Below are positions 20,506 to 39,234 of a DNA stretch of 64,000 bases, one piece after another. Source of the stretch: the human T2T-CHM13v2.0 reference genome, Homo sapiens. The notes below the pieces were generated by a model. It was given only the letters and a program-made list of their open reading frames with translations. It did not search any database and was not told the DNA's origin. The stretch is from the NCBI RefSeq assembly GCF_009914755.1, contig NC_060928.1. One strand, written 5' to 3'. Every line of letters begins with the position of its first letter. Positions within the stretch are counted from its first letter, which is position 1. A program made the position numbers and the translations under genes.

Positions 20506-20795
20506 TTGGACAAGCTTGCTCTACGGAAAACAAATTTGTGGCAGAGAATTAGTGACACCTTTAGTTGCTTGTCCAATATCTTTTCCTCCCTTAGCTCTTA
20601 CAGGCAAAATTATAGTTTTAAGGTATCCATGTCTCCTCCAGGTAACTCAGAGAAATGGGATCATATTCCCAACTCTGGGGATAAATCCTGATTGGTCCAA
20701 ATCAATACAGATGGTCTCATTCTCTTTATTAGTAATTGAGGGTTTAGTGGTGGGCATGTGAACCGGTTTTGGCCAGTGAGCTTTGAGGGGGATAT
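20506..20795 (+). repeat. ~290-bp local direct duplication of 22410-22705
   Basis: Collinear match by eye, e.g. gacacctttagttgcttgtccaatatcttttcctcccttagctct occurs in both copies. Confidence 0.92.
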
Positions 20796-20813
20796 TTTTT
20801 GAGGGGGATATCT

Positions 20814-21598
20814 TGCAAACCATGCTCATCCTCTACTCTCACACCAACACAACAACAATCAACACAGAAGATTTCTGTGACCAAATATGGGGAGTTTTAC
20901 CCACACACCAAGCAGCAGACAGCAGCTGGGGGTCCTCTAATTCAATTCCAGCACTATCTACCAAGAGATAGCATCAGATCCCAAGGTTGGGGGCTCAGTC
21001 CCCAAAACTGCCCCTCCCCCACCAGTAACAAGTCTGGGCCTGTGGAATGTCTGATGACTGGCTTCAATTTGGGATTACCACAACCCTCCTTTTGGGTTCA
21101 ATTAGTTTGCTGGAAAAGCTCACAGAATTCAGGGAAACACATTTATCAGCTTATCATAAAGGATTTTTCAAAGAATACAGATGAAGAGACAAATAGGGTG
21201 AGGTATGGTCAAGGTGCATGGAGCTTCCATGCCTTGCAACCCCCACCCCCTAGGAACCCTCATGTGTTTAGCTATCTAGAAGTTCTCGAAAACCAGTCCT
21301 CTTGGGTCATTATGGAAACTACATGATGGCAGGATTCCTTCCTCCAGGTTATAGGGCCGGATGAAGTTGGGAGTATAGGACAGGGGAAGGAGGGGAATGA
21401 TTAGAATCCTGCCTTGGGGCATGTGAAAGGAGGGCAGGAGAAGATCAGAGAGACAAATTTTGTTTTCTGAGGCCTGATCTAAGGCCTAACATACTAACAC
21501 AACCAACATTATAACAAGGCTGTTACAATGGCTATGGGAGTTGTAAGCCAGGAACCATGGATGAAAACATATATATATATATATATAATAGCATCACA
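20814..21598 (-). mobile_element. MER21-like LTR
   Basis: acacagaagatttctgtgaccaaat...gagatagcatcagatccc...tatatataatagcatcaca. Confidence 0.65.
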
Positions 21599-21906
21599 CC
21601 TTGATTAGTCTATAGTGTCCAGTCTAATCAAACACTAATCCGAGTGTTGCTGTGAAGATATTTTGTAGATGTGGTTAGCATCTACAATCGGTTAATTTTA
21701 AGTAAAGGGTATTACCTTCCACAATGTAGGTGGGCCTCATCCAGTCTATTGAAAGGCCAAAAGAGCAAAAACAGGTTTCTCAGGGAAGGCATTCTGCCTC
21801 AAGACTGCAGCATCAACTCCTGCCTGAGTTTCCAGCCTGCCCTACAAATTTTGAACTTGCCCGCCCCCACAATCACATAAGCCAGTTCCTTGAAATAAAT
21901 CTTTTA

Positions 21907-21960
21907 TAGGTTGGTGTAAAAGTAACTGAGGCTTTTGCAATTACTTTTGCACCAACCTAA
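21907..21960. mobile_element. MADE1 mariner MITE (internally shortened)
   Basis: Inverted termini taggttggtgtaaaagtaa / ttacttttgcaccaaccta in a TA context. Confidence 0.85.
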
Positions 21961-22212
21961 TATATCCTATTGGTTCTGTTTCTGTACAGTCCAAGTTCAG
22001 GCATACACACAAGCCCTAAGATGGAGAGGAAGCCAGAAGGAGTGGCTTATAATTAATGAGGAGAGCAGTGTGCAGAGCCCACAAGGCCTTGTAAACCCAA
22101 ATAGGATTTCAGGATTACATTCTATGTACCATAGGAAGCCATTGAAGTTTTTAGGTGAGGAAGAACATAATTGGAAATGCAAGTTGAGAAAAGTATTCTG
22201 GTTGCTCTGTAG

Positions 22213-22422
22213 CAGGGGTGTCCAATATTTTGGCTTCCCTGGGCCACATTGGAAGAATTGTCTTGGGCCACATATAAAATACACTAATGATAGCTGATGA
22301 GCTAAAAAAAATAAAAGCCACAAAAAACACCTAATAATGTTTTAAGAAAGTTTATGAATTTGTGTTGGGTTGCATTCAAAGGCATTCTGGGATGTGTGCA
22401 GGCTGCAGGTTGGACAAGCTTG
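22213..22422 (+). mobile_element. MER30 (hAT-Charlie) DNA transposon
   Basis: caggggtgtccaa...ttggacaagcttg; degenerate 8-bp TSD ctctgtag / ctcaacag. Confidence 0.8.
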
Positions 22423-22439
22423 CTCAACAGAAAAGAGAT

Positions 22440-23056
22440 TTGTGGCAGAGGGTCTTGATGACACCTTTAGTTGCTTGTCCAATATCTTTTCCTCCCTTAG
22501 CTCTCACAGGCAAAATTATAGTTTTGTTAAGGTGTCCATCTTTTCTCCAGATAACTCATAGAAATAGGATCATATTCCCAACACTGGGGATAATTCCTGA
22601 TTGGTCCAAGTCAGTACAGATGGTCTCATTCTCTTTGTTAGTAATTGATTGGTTTAGTAGTGGGCATGCGAACCTGTTTTGGCCAGTGAGCTTTGAGAGG
22701 AATATCTATTGTGGGAGACTTCTGGGGAAAGTATCCTTATTCATAGGAACGCACTAGGAGACAGTCTCTTCCTGCATCTGGATGTGGCCATGACTGGGTG
22801 TGAAGCTGCTGAAAACAGCTGCAGCCATCTTTCACCCATGAGGGTAGCAGCCTGAGACTAAAGATGACAAGCTAAGCATAGATGAGCTAAAAGATAGAAA
22901 GAACCTGGGACTCTGGTGACAATGATGAACTGCTGAGTCAGCCAGCTCCCAAACTTGCCCTATTGCTAGCCTTCCTCCTATGTGAGATAATAAATTTCCT
23001 TTAAACCAACTGGAATCAAGATTTCTGCATTTGCTGCCCATGGTATCCTAACTATT
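22440..23056 (+). mobile_element. Old MLT1/ERVL-type LTR
   Basis: tgtggcag start; ctgcagccatc and tgtgagataataaat...atcctaact end motifs. Confidence 0.5.
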
Positions 23057-24089
23057 TGCAGGACTAGAGTGGAAGTGAGATTTAGTTGAGAGACAGTTGT
23101 GGTGGTCAGGACAGATATGATGATGGCTTGGACTATGGTGGTAGTGGTAGGGAGAAAGAAAAGCAGATGATTCAAGAGATATTTCAGAAGTAGAATCAAT
23201 AGGGTTAAAAGTGGAGGAATGTATGGATCCATATAGATGAAGTCATTAGGAATGTTCTGTACATGTTGACAATTAATAGATTAATATGCCATTTGAAAAT
23301 TTCTTATCAAACAGGAATGATTATGACTGTACTTCTGATGTTCTTTTGCATCTAATCTAATCCATTGCCCAATAATACCAACTCTGAGATTAGAAGTTAA
23401 AAATAGTATCATCACGTAAGGTTGGTTTTTAACCTCTGTCAGAGTCCAAAAGTCTAATTCAAGGAGCAGAAACTACTCTGCAGCCACTATGGAGTGTTTC
23501 CTCAAAGCCAAGAGTGACAGTTTCCACAGCCAGAGCTTCCTTGGACAAATTAAGTTTTCTTTTATCCTGAAGCCAGCTTGATAAGAAAGCTTAGCAGAAG
23601 AAAACTGTCATGTTGTTAGTGTAGCTGGTGCATCTTCTTAGGTCTGGGATGTTTAGAAACATGTACACCTTGTTCTCTCCCTATCCTGTCTCAGAGTAGG
23701 CCTGTCACACACCCAGTAGGGAAGGGACGGACCCTGCTGATGAAGCTCTGAGCACATCCAAGATGTTCTGCAGAGTTCATGGAACTACATTCAGTATCCA
23801 GTACTTCATAGGCAGATTTTATGGAAGATTTCCATTCAACAAAGAGCTTTTGTTGTCAGAATTTGGAATCATGGTCTTTTCATCCACGAAACAGCATAAA
23901 TCTGGTCACATTCAGGAAGTGATTTTTCTTGTGCTCACTCTTTGTTGTGACCACTTCTTAGGTTTGCTCAGTGGTTCTCTTTCTGTGATAGTCACAGATT
24001 CTAGGAAAGTTATACTAATGACACACTGAGGCTTTTGATGAGACTGTCTATCTGATAATAACAGGTGTATGTTACTGCACTAAGTTTTT

Positions 24090-27451
<3,362 letters not shown>

Positions 27452-27621
27452 GGTTTCAAGGGTTGAGCCACAGGCCTCTCTGCAGGCCCAGATGTGTTCA
27501 CTCCATTCTTTCTCTCTGCCACAGGTTTAGGGATTTGGCTTATTTTTCTTTTTTTTCAGCAACTGCCATCACCCACTCTCTCCTCTCATACAAGCCCAGC
27601 CGCAGAGTGGTACACATTGTT

Positions 27622-27907
27622 TCTGAGACAGGATCTCACTCTGTTGCCTAGGCTGGAGTGCGGTGGTACAATCACAGCTCACTGCAGCCTCAACCTCCCT
27701 GGACTCAAGCCATCCTCCCATCTCAGCCCCTCGAGTAGCTGGGACTACAGGTATGCACCAGTGCATCCAGCTAATTTTTTTTTTTCTTTGTAGATACAGG
27801 GTTTCACCCTGTTGCCCAGGCTGGTCTCAAACTCCTCAGCTCAAGTGATCTCCCACCTCAGCCTCTCAAAGTGCTGGAATTACAGGCGTGAGCCACTGTG
27901 TCCAGCC
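27622..27907 (-). mobile_element. AluJ
   Basis: Reverse Alu consensus. Confidence 0.88.
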
Positions 27908-28876
27908 TATATAACTTGTTAAACCTCAGTTCCTGCACTCTAGTTCCTGAATTTGTCCAGCATATGAAATTAAATTAGCCTTGGATATTTTAGTTTTCTG
28001 TTAAAATGAAAAACAAACAAAAATTGAATTATATAATTATATAGTTATAAAATTTAAAAACTTTCTTAAAAATAATATAAAACAGCACAAGCTGTATAAT
28101 ACCAATGCATTATAATTAAGTACATACATTTTTAATCACCACCATAGCCTCGCATCCCATGAACCTGTTCTCATCACAGACCAGGATTTTGCCTGGCAAA
28201 GTCCCTGATACACAATAGGTGGTAGATACATGTTTAGTCCAGTGGAAAGAAAATCCTCTGCTTTAGCATTTTGGTAACCTTTCTCACAGTATGATAGATT
28301 AATAAGCCAATCAAACAGAGGACAGGTGAATTTTTTGTGCAGAGGACAAATGGAAGGTGGAGAAAACTCATATCACTTTGAATATCGTCCAAGCAATGCA
28401 GCACCTGTGGGTATGTATGAAAATCAAAGTGCTCTGAGTTGATGGGATATAACTATGTAAAAGAAAAGTAATCATGGGCTCTGGAGTTAAAGACACCTGG
28501 GTTCAAATCCCAATTCTTCTGTTTACTAGCTATGGGAAGATGAATGAGTTATTTAGCTCCTCTGAATCTCAGCTTCCTCATCTGAGAAAGATGAGGGTAA
28601 AGATGGAGGCAATATAAGTAAAGTGTGTGTTTGTTGTGTTGTAGGGTCTCTGTAAATGCTTGGTGCTGTTGTTCGTAATTTCGCTTCTTCCTGCAAATCA
28701 TTTTTCATATCAGAAGAACACATTCACCTTGTTCTTGAAGGTCATTCCCAGATTATAATGATGGTAGATTGGAGATCAAATATCTGGAAGAAAACAATCT
28801 TATTTCCCCATGACCAGGGAGTACATTGAGTTGACTGGTATTCCTTTTTCTTAGAAACTTCAGGTATAAATTAACT

Positions 28877-29592
<716 letters not shown>

Positions 29593-29817
29593 TACTTTCT
29601 GATTAAGATGTTTGATTTTTTTAAAAATGTATATTTGCTGAAAAAAGAACCTACCTAGTTTCCCATGTCTAATTGCATGAACTTAACTTTACTATTTCAT
29701 TGTCTTCACTGGTATAACTTTACTATTCTAGTAGACTCTTTTCTAGTCAAATCACTTAATGTTCATTACAGAAACTTTCTGAAAGACCTACCAACTCTTC
29801 AATAAAAAGCATCAGAA

Positions 29818-29960
29818 GGCCAGGCACAGTGGCTCATGCCTGTAAACTCAGCACTTTGGGAGGCCACAGCAGGAGGATTTATTGAGCCCAGGAGTTCAAG
29901 ATCAGTCTGGGCAACATAGTGAGACCCTGTCTCTAAAACAAAAGAAAAGAAAAGAAAAAA
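29818..29960 (+). mobile_element. FLAM_C-like Alu monomer
   Basis: Left-arm consensus plus tail. Confidence 0.85.
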
Positions 29961-30208
29961 ATGAAGATAGTTTGAGTGCTAAAATTCTTTGAATCCCTTG
30001 TCTCAAAAATCCTTGCCTTGCTGTTTCCACCAATCCTGATTCAATCCTAATCTAGGCCTCACATTGAAAGACCTACCTGAACAAAACTCCCAATATCAAT
30101 GAATTCTGATTTTGCCCTTTCTTCTCTGGGATGCTGCCAAGTTTTAACAAGATGGTGGTCTTCCTTACCATGGTAAGCAATAACTCAGCTTGGTCTTATT
30201 GATATGTT

Positions 30209-30738
30209 GTGTTGCAAAGAAAAGTTAACACAGCAGACCTGAGACTGCTATCCTTAGAAAGACCAGCTTGGAAGGGTTGTCCTTGGCTGGAGTTGTGAAC
30301 TTGGATTTTAGGAAGGTTCCCACCGTTCCTGATAAAAATGGCAAACTGTGCCTAAACTGTGCAGACCTTATGGTTTATGCTAAACACTTGCCTTGCTTCT
30401 GGAGGCCTGGAATTTTGGTACCTGCTAGGTAAAGTGTGTCTACGTTACCATCCGCAATAAAAACCCTGGGTACTGAGTCCGTGATGAACATCCTTGGTAG
30501 ACAACATTTCACATGTGTTGTTACAAATTGTAGGTGGGGAACTAAGAGTGTCCTGTGTGACTCAAATGGGAGAAGACTCCTGGTTTCCCTGGACTTAGCT
30601 TCATGTGCCTTTTCCCTTTGCTGCTTTTCTTTGTATTCTTTCACCATAGTAAGTCATAGATGTGAATATGACTATATCTGAGCCCTGTGAGTCCTTCTAG
30701 TGAACAACCTTGTGGTTGTCTTGGGCACTTCCAACACA
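30209..30738 (+). mobile_element. MER68-like ERVL LTR
   Basis: aagttaacacagcagacctgagactgctatccttagaaag...caacaca. Confidence 0.65.
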
Positions 30739-31579
30739 ACTTGTCTTGGTGATATTTGGCCAGCAAATGTCAACATTACCAAAGAAAAGTTGGAGGTGGA
30801 TGGCTTTCACAATAAAATTTATTTACAGAACTCCTTTAAGTACAATTTTACTCATTATTCATTTGCTCATTCATTTAGTTACAAAACTTTTGTCAAACAC
30901 ACAATATGTTCTGGTTACTCCCTTAGGGACTGAAGGGAATGAGAGAGAAATACAGAGAGGAGAACATCAGATTCCTCTTTACAAGGGGATCACAGTTTCA
31001 AGACACCTTCTGATAGGGAGATAACTAAACTTCAGTGGGAGAGTGTTCAATTAAAGGTCAGAACAAGAGTTTGCAGAGCACACAGCACAGAGACAAGATC
31101 TGCTTAGGAAACTGGGGACTGCATTCCAAAGAAATTGACATTAAACTAGGATTTAAAGGCTAGGTAGATGTTAGTCAAGTGGAGAAGAAGGTAAGGTATC
31201 CTGAGAGCAAGAACAAAGACACAGGGGCCTGAAATAACTTGTTCTGGAAATAGGGCATTTAGGGTGGCCTTAGTTGGAAATAAGTGAAACATAGGGTTAA
31301 ATTAGAGATTAGAGTCTAGACTGTAAATTTTTAGATTTTTGGGTTTTTTTTTGTGAGCAATGGAATAACATTAGAAGTTACTGACAGTGATCAGAGTTGT
31401 GATTGAAAAACAACCTTCCACTAGTTTCCTAAGTGAAGGGTAGCTGCCTATTAGAATGGCTAAGAGAATGGAGCCAGACCATCTGTGTTGCAACATTACC
31501 TTTGCCTCTTATATCAGATTGATCGGGGACAAATTACTTAACTTTTATGTGCTTTAGTTTCTCTCTTTGTAAAGAGGGG

Positions 31580-31954
31580 TGTATTAGTCCATTCTCCCAC
31601 TGCTAATAAAGACATACCCAAGACTGGGAAATTTATAAAGGAAAGAGGTTTAATTGACTCACAGTTCAGCATAGCTGGGGAGGCCTCAGGAAACTTACAA
31701 TCATGGTGGAAGGGGAAGCAAACATGTCCTTCTTCACAGGGTGGCAGCAAGGAGAAGTGCTGAGCAAAGGGGGAAAAGCCCCTTATAAAACCATCAGATC
31801 TCATGAGAACTCACTCACTATCACAAGAACAGCATGAGGGTAACTGCCCCCTTGATTAAATTACCTCCCACCAGATCCCTCCCATGACACATGGGGATTA
31901 TGGGAACCACAATTCAAGATTAGATTTGGGTGGGGACACAGCTAAATCATATCA
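31580..31954 (-). mobile_element. THE1-family solo LTR
   Basis: tgtattagtccattctc...aatcatatca with a perfect 5-bp TSD agggg. Confidence 0.9.
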
Positions 31955-32480
31955 AGGGGAAAATAGGAACCCCTGTCTAAATGGGTTGTTGTGAGGGTGT
32001 ACATGCTAGTAAACTTAAAGCACACAGAACAGAGTCTAGCTCTCAGAAACTGTAGCCTTCATTATTGCTACATTCAAGCAGCATTTGTTTCACAAGCATT
32101 TTATTTGCACCTAAGGATACTGCTTAAAGCAAGATCCAGTATTAGTGTAAAATAAATTCTGGAAATGACAGAAAACCAGGTATTAAGATTTTTCTAAATG
32201 TATCTGTATTTAAATCACAACACATACATGTAAATATTAAAAATAGGGCAGATATAAAGATTGGCAGGCTCATCCAGAGGACCTCTACAGTTTCTTCAAG
32301 TGCAAGGCAACAGTAGATTCCTAAGATCAAAAGTCCACTGCAGCTAGCTGAACAAAGCAAATAAAGACATCATCCAAGGAGGTATTATCAGATTTACTCA
32401 AAGGCTAGTGTTCTCTCTGCTCTCCCTGCTTACTGATTGTATACAAGTTGAATCACAGCCTTAAAAAATCAACCACATCT

Positions 32481-33105
32481 GTCCAGATACAGTGGTGCAT
32501 GTTTGTAATCCCAGCACTGTGGGAGGCTGAGGCAGGAAGATTGCTAGAGATCAGGAGTTTGAGACTGGCCTAGGCAACATAGCAATACCCCCATCTCTTT
32601 AAAACAGTTTTTAAAATTTTTTTAAAAAATTAGTCAGATATGATGATGCACATTAATAGTCCCAGCTACTCAGGAGGCTGAGGTGGGAGGATAGCTTGAG
32701 CCCAGGAAAAATATCAACCACATATAATTAAGACTTCCAGCATAGTTAAGTAGTTATTATTTCTTTTTTTCCCCCAATGCTATAAAAACCTTTTACTAAT
32801 ATTATTTTTAGGCTGGACATGGTAGCTCACACCTGTAATCCCTGCACTTTGGGAGGCCAAGGCAGGAGGATTGCTTAAGCCCAAGAGTTTGAGACCAGCC
32901 TAGACAACATAGTGAGATCCCATCTCTAAAAAATAAAAAATAAGCCAGGAATGATGGTGCATTTCTGTAGTCCCAGCTACTAGCGAGGCTGAGGCGAGAA
33001 GCTCTCTTGAGCCTGGGAAATTGAGATTGCAGTGAGCTTTGATTGATAGTGGACTCCAACCTAGGTGACAGAGTGAGACCCTATCTCAAAAATAAATAAA
33101 TAAAT
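32481..33105 (+). mobile_element. Two AluJ copies (32481-32710 truncated; 32811-33105)
   Basis: Alu consensus. Confidence 0.85.
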
Positions 33106-33294
33106 AATTTTGATGTGATTTTTTTTTTTTTGGTTAAAAAAATTAAGCAGTGCAAAAATATATGCAGAAGTAGAACCTCCACCATTCCAATATACAAGGG
33201 ATTTAAAGGCAACCATGTGTTTGGAATGTTCTTCCCCCATGTAGCCTAATACCCCACTTCTGTACTTATGTCAAGACTCTCTTCAAGTGTTTGA

Positions 33295-33590
33295 CTATGG
33301 TAATGAGTTTCCTGTGGCTGCTGGCTCTCTTTGGCTTCCTTGGCTTGTGGCCATATCGCTCTAATCTGCACTGCATCTTCACATCCATCTCTGTGTGCGT
33401 CTTCTCCTCTTCTATGTGTCTCAAATCCCCCTCTACCTCTCTTTTATAAGGACACTTGTCATTGGATCTAGGGCATACCATGTTAATCCAAGATGATCTC
33501 ATCTCAAGATTCTAAACCTAATAACATCTGCAGAGATCCTTTTTCCAGATAAGATAACATTCCTAGGCTCCAGGGATTTTACATGAACAT
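33295..33590 (-). mobile_element. MLT1 fragment
   Basis: ttataaggacacttgtcattggat...aatccaagatgatctcatctcaagat. Confidence 0.65.
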
Positions 33591-33617
33591 ATATGGATCT
33601 AAAATTAAGTTAAAATT

Positions 33618-34648
33618 GGACAGACATGGTGGTTCATGCCTATAATCCCACCACTTTGGGAGGCTGAGACAGAAAGATTGTTTGAGCTCAGGAGTTCGAG
33701 ACCAGCCTGGGCAACATACGGAGACATAGTCTCTACCAAAAAAAAAAAAAAAAAAAGAAAAAAAAAAGCACGGCATGGTGGCACATGCCAGGAGTCCCAG
33801 CTACTGTTGCAGGAATGAAGGAGGACTAGAGAGACCGTGGGGGTGAGATAGGAGGATTTATTGAGTGCACTCAGAACCAGCAGATTAACATCCGAAAACT
33901 GGGCCCAGAACAAAGACAGCACTTGACTTTTTTACACACTTCTAAAAGGCGGTGGGCTAGCTTGAAACAAGCTTACAGTGGTATAAAGCATAGTGGCACA
34001 AAAGCAAGGATACAGAGGCAAAACAAAGGCAGTTAATCAAATTGTGACAGGTGACTGTTGCTATGCAGCCCAGATGGCTGTTATCCAGACTTGCTCAAAA
34101 GAGCCTTGCACTGGTTTATCTCATAACTTTGCTATGGCACCCAGACAGCCACAGCCCAGGCCTGCTCAGGCGTGTCTTATAACCTTCACTGTGCTGCTTA
34201 GATAAAACAGAATACTTGAAGTTACTAGCTACAGAAAACAGAAATCTGTAAACTCATAACACTTGCAAAGCAGGGTACAATCACGCGGAAGGGGGTGGGA
34301 TTTGAGGGAGAAATTCACTTTTTCTTATCCTTATGTTGAGGGAGTGCTGGGAGAGTCTCCAGAGCACATCCCTTTGAGCCCTGGCTTCTTTGAGAATGTT
34401 ATCAAGACTTCGCCTGGGTTCAGTCTTTGCCTGTTACTGCCTTTGGGATGAGTCAGCCTAATATAGAAAGCTTGTTTTTCTCTTCTTAATTTTATGTTTA
34501 TTTAATTTCCTGCCTCACTACAAAGGAGGCTGAGGTGGGACGATCCCTTGAGCCCAAGAATTTAAGGTGGCAAGAAACTCTGATTGTGCCACTGCACTCC
34601 AGATTGAGCAACAAAGTGAGACCTTGTTTCAAAAAAAAAAAAAAAAAA
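33618..34648 (+). mobile_element. AluJ split by a solo LTR
   Basis: The Alu runs to cccagctac (33804) and resumes ctacaaaggaggctgaggtgg (34518). Confidence 0.88.
33805..34517 (-). mobile_element. ERV1-class solo LTR (713 bp)
   Basis: TG...CA ends with a perfect 4-bp TSD ctac. Confidence 0.8.
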
Positions 34649-34838
34649 GTCCCACTGAATTTCCAGTTAAATCCAAACTCTGTTGACCCATACATTCCAG
34701 CTCTGTAAATCCCGAAGATCTCTAACATCATCATTTTGTGCCATTCTTCACCCTATAGGTTCTAGCTAGCGGATAGAGGGGTGGTCAGGATCTGTAGCCA
34801 AAAGGCTGAAAATCTTGACACAAGAACAGTATTAAAGA

Positions 34839-36090
<1,252 letters not shown>

Positions 36091-37215
36091 AATAAAACAC
36101 AGTGAGGCCCTGGACCACCTCTTGAAGCTTATGCTTCCCCCCTCTGGTCACAGGCACTCCTCCATCTGTGGTCACCAGAGAGCTTCAGGGAGCACTCTTC
36201 AGAGCCTTTGGTCCCATCTGCCAGGAGCACTCTTCCTTCTTTTTTTTTTTTTTTTTTTGTATAAACTGCTCTTTCTCATCCTTTAAGTCTCCACTTACAT
36301 GTCATCTGCCCCTTGAAGCCTACCCTGACCATTTATTTGACCAGCAAAAAGCAACAGCTGAATTTCTGAAAGAAATGATCCAAAATTTCAGGTGGAGTTT
36401 GACTTCAGTCAAGTCCTTCCCCTACCCTTGTTTCGTCTGTATTAACTCTCTTTCCCGATCCTCCCAAATCTTGGTCCCTCTTCTATGCCCTCTTAGCAGC
36501 CCATACTTCCTCTACATAGCATTTATCTTACTGTATTGGAATCACCTGTTCATTGGTCTGTAAATCCCATCTCATCGAAATCTTCATGAAGGCAGGAACC
36601 TTGAGATCTTTGCTGCATTCTATGAATCATTCTACCAAATTGTCAAATCTGAGGGGGTCAGGTTTGACGCCTGAATTTGTATCTAGTTGTTCATAAGGGG
36701 AGGTGGCCAGGGGACCCCAGAAGCATGGCTGGCATCTGAAATGAGGATAAACTTGTGGAGGACTAAATGCTTAACTTGTGGGTTCTGTACTAACTCTGGG
36801 TGGTTAGTGCCAGAATTGAATAGCAGTGCATGAATTGGCATCAGAACACCTGTTCTGAATCTTCCAATGGCTTTTTGCCCCAAAGTGTAAACAAAGCCAA
36901 GGCTCCCAACAAAGGCTGTATTTGAAATATAGGTGTTGGCAAAGCCTCCTTAACAAAGGTTCCCTAAAGTAGCAGCAGTGTTTTCTTTCTTTTCTGGTTG
37001 AAGAAATATTCCTTTGCCTGTAATCCCAGTACTTTCGGAGTATCCCATAAGAACCAAGTGAAGAAAGTATCAGTAAGGTATACTGAAGGTGGTAGAGCCT
37101 TAGAATTTAAAACCGAGATGTTGATACAATAATACATTTTAGCATGTTTATGTGAATTGAAAAAAGTCTTCTTTGGCTGATGGATTTGATAATGAAACCT
37201 GGCTTTTCCAATTAA

Positions 37216-37517
37216 CTTTTTGTTTTTTTCTAGAGACAGGGTCTCACTCTTGCCCAGGCTGGAGTGCACTGGCATGATCACAGTTAACTGTAACCTCTAA
37301 CTCCTGGGCTCAAGCCTCCCACCTCAGTCCCTCCATAAGCTAGGACTACAGGTGTACGACACCATACCCAGCTAACTTTTAAATATTGGGTTTTTTTGTA
37401 GAGCTGGGGTCTCACTATGTTGCTCAGGCTGGTCTTTAAAACTCCGGCTTCCAGCAATCCTCTGGCCTTGGCCTCCCAAAGAGCTGGGATTATAGTCATG
37501 AGTCACCATGCCCAGCC
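37216..37517 (-). mobile_element. AluJ
   Basis: Reverse Alu; TSD attaactttt. Confidence 0.88.
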
Positions 37518-39234
37518 CTGATTAACTTTTAAGTTAGATGTTTTACATACATTGAATGAGCCAAATCAGCAGTTCCAGGGCTTTGACAAAAATAAACTTA
37601 AATTTCAAGATAAAACCATTTTAACAAAAAATATTTTATTGGCAAAAGATCTATAGAAATGTTAATATTTCTATGTTCTCAACTCCAAGTTAAAAGGTGG
37701 CTTGAAATCAAAGAGTTGCAGTATAATTATTAACAATTTGGTAAGTCTTTTAAAATGCTTTTTGGTGTACTCCCCAGAAATTGAGAAACTGAATAATTCA
37801 AATGTTGGAGGACCTAAATAAGGAGTCTGATAATAAATCATAAGGTGTTTGATGCTAGAGTATTATGTGATTGATTTTTTTTTTAGCATATATCTTGGAA
37901 AAAGGTCTAAGACTTGAGTGACATTGCTATTACAAAATGTTTCCCATATCCATCTATTAATTTGAATAGGTTTTCTCAGTGTTTCCATTTGTAAAAACTA
38001 AAACTACAAATAGAGCTGATGATGAATCTTGTCTCATTTACCTATAAGTAATATTTCTCTACTAACAGATGACGTACTGAGAAAATATAGCATTATTCAT
38101 TTCACTAAAAATGCATTTCCAATCAAACACACCATAGAAAACTATATTGAACTAATCTTATAACAAAAATGATAAACTTTGGACAAAATACAAAAAACAA
38201 TTATTTGAAGACATTGAAAACAACCAAAAGCAAGCAGATAGGAATGGAAGTCATGGCTATTCTTCAAAACATGGAAATATAATGAGTAAGATTTATGTTC
38301 ATACACCTTTTCACCTAAGAGCACTTCTGAATATTCACTGTGCAAGGCAGCTGGAACTCAATTAGAAAGCTACAGTTTCTTAAGGGCTTCAGAAGTTAGG
38401 GAATGGACTCTGGGACTCTCAGAACAGCTAAAAATGGAGGACAGATGTCTTGAAAACAAAGAAGTCAGAGAGGAAGAGAACTCCAAAACATGCATATATA
38501 CTCTGCCCAAATCCTTGGTTGACTCCTGAACTGTGTATACATGGCGAGGCTTCAAGCAGCTCAGCAAAAAGCAGCAGTTGGATTGCTGAAAGAAATGACC
38601 AGAAATTTCAGGTGGAGTTTGACTCCAGCCAAGTTATTTACCTTCTAGAACAATCAGCATTCGTGAGAGGACTATAACAGAATTTAGAGGCTCTATAATA
38701 TATTATCCACAATATTCAGTATACAATAAAAAATTAACAGATATTGCAAAGAAACAGGAAAGTTTGACGTATAACCAAGAGAAAAAGCAGTAAATAGAAA
38801 CTGACTATAAGAGGACCCAGATGTAAGAATTAGCAAAGACATTTAAAAGTTATATATATACATTTTTTTCAAGGACTTTAAAAATATATGTCATAATGAG
38901 TTACAGATGGAAAATTTCAGCAGAGAAGTAGAAGCTCTAAAAAGGAACTAAATAGAAATTGTAGAACTGAAAAGTACAGGTCTGAAATTAAAAACAAACT
39001 GAGTGGGCTTAACAACTTTTTGGAAATAGTCAAAAGATTGATGAATTTAAAACAGATAAAGACAAATTATCCCAAACCTGAAGAACAGAGAGAACAATTA
39101 TTGAGAAAAATGAAAACATAGGTAGAGTTCTACTGCCCTTTGGAACAATATCAAAGAGTCTAACATCCATGTAATAGAAATCTCAGAAGGAAAAGAGAAT
39201 AGAGCAGAAAAGAAATATTTGAAGAAATAATGAC

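Noticed and set aside
20486-22757. Paralogous-looking ORFs (…TPLVACPISFPPLALTGKIIV…)
   Set aside because: A by-product of the local duplication of LTR-derived DNA; the frames diverge through indels.
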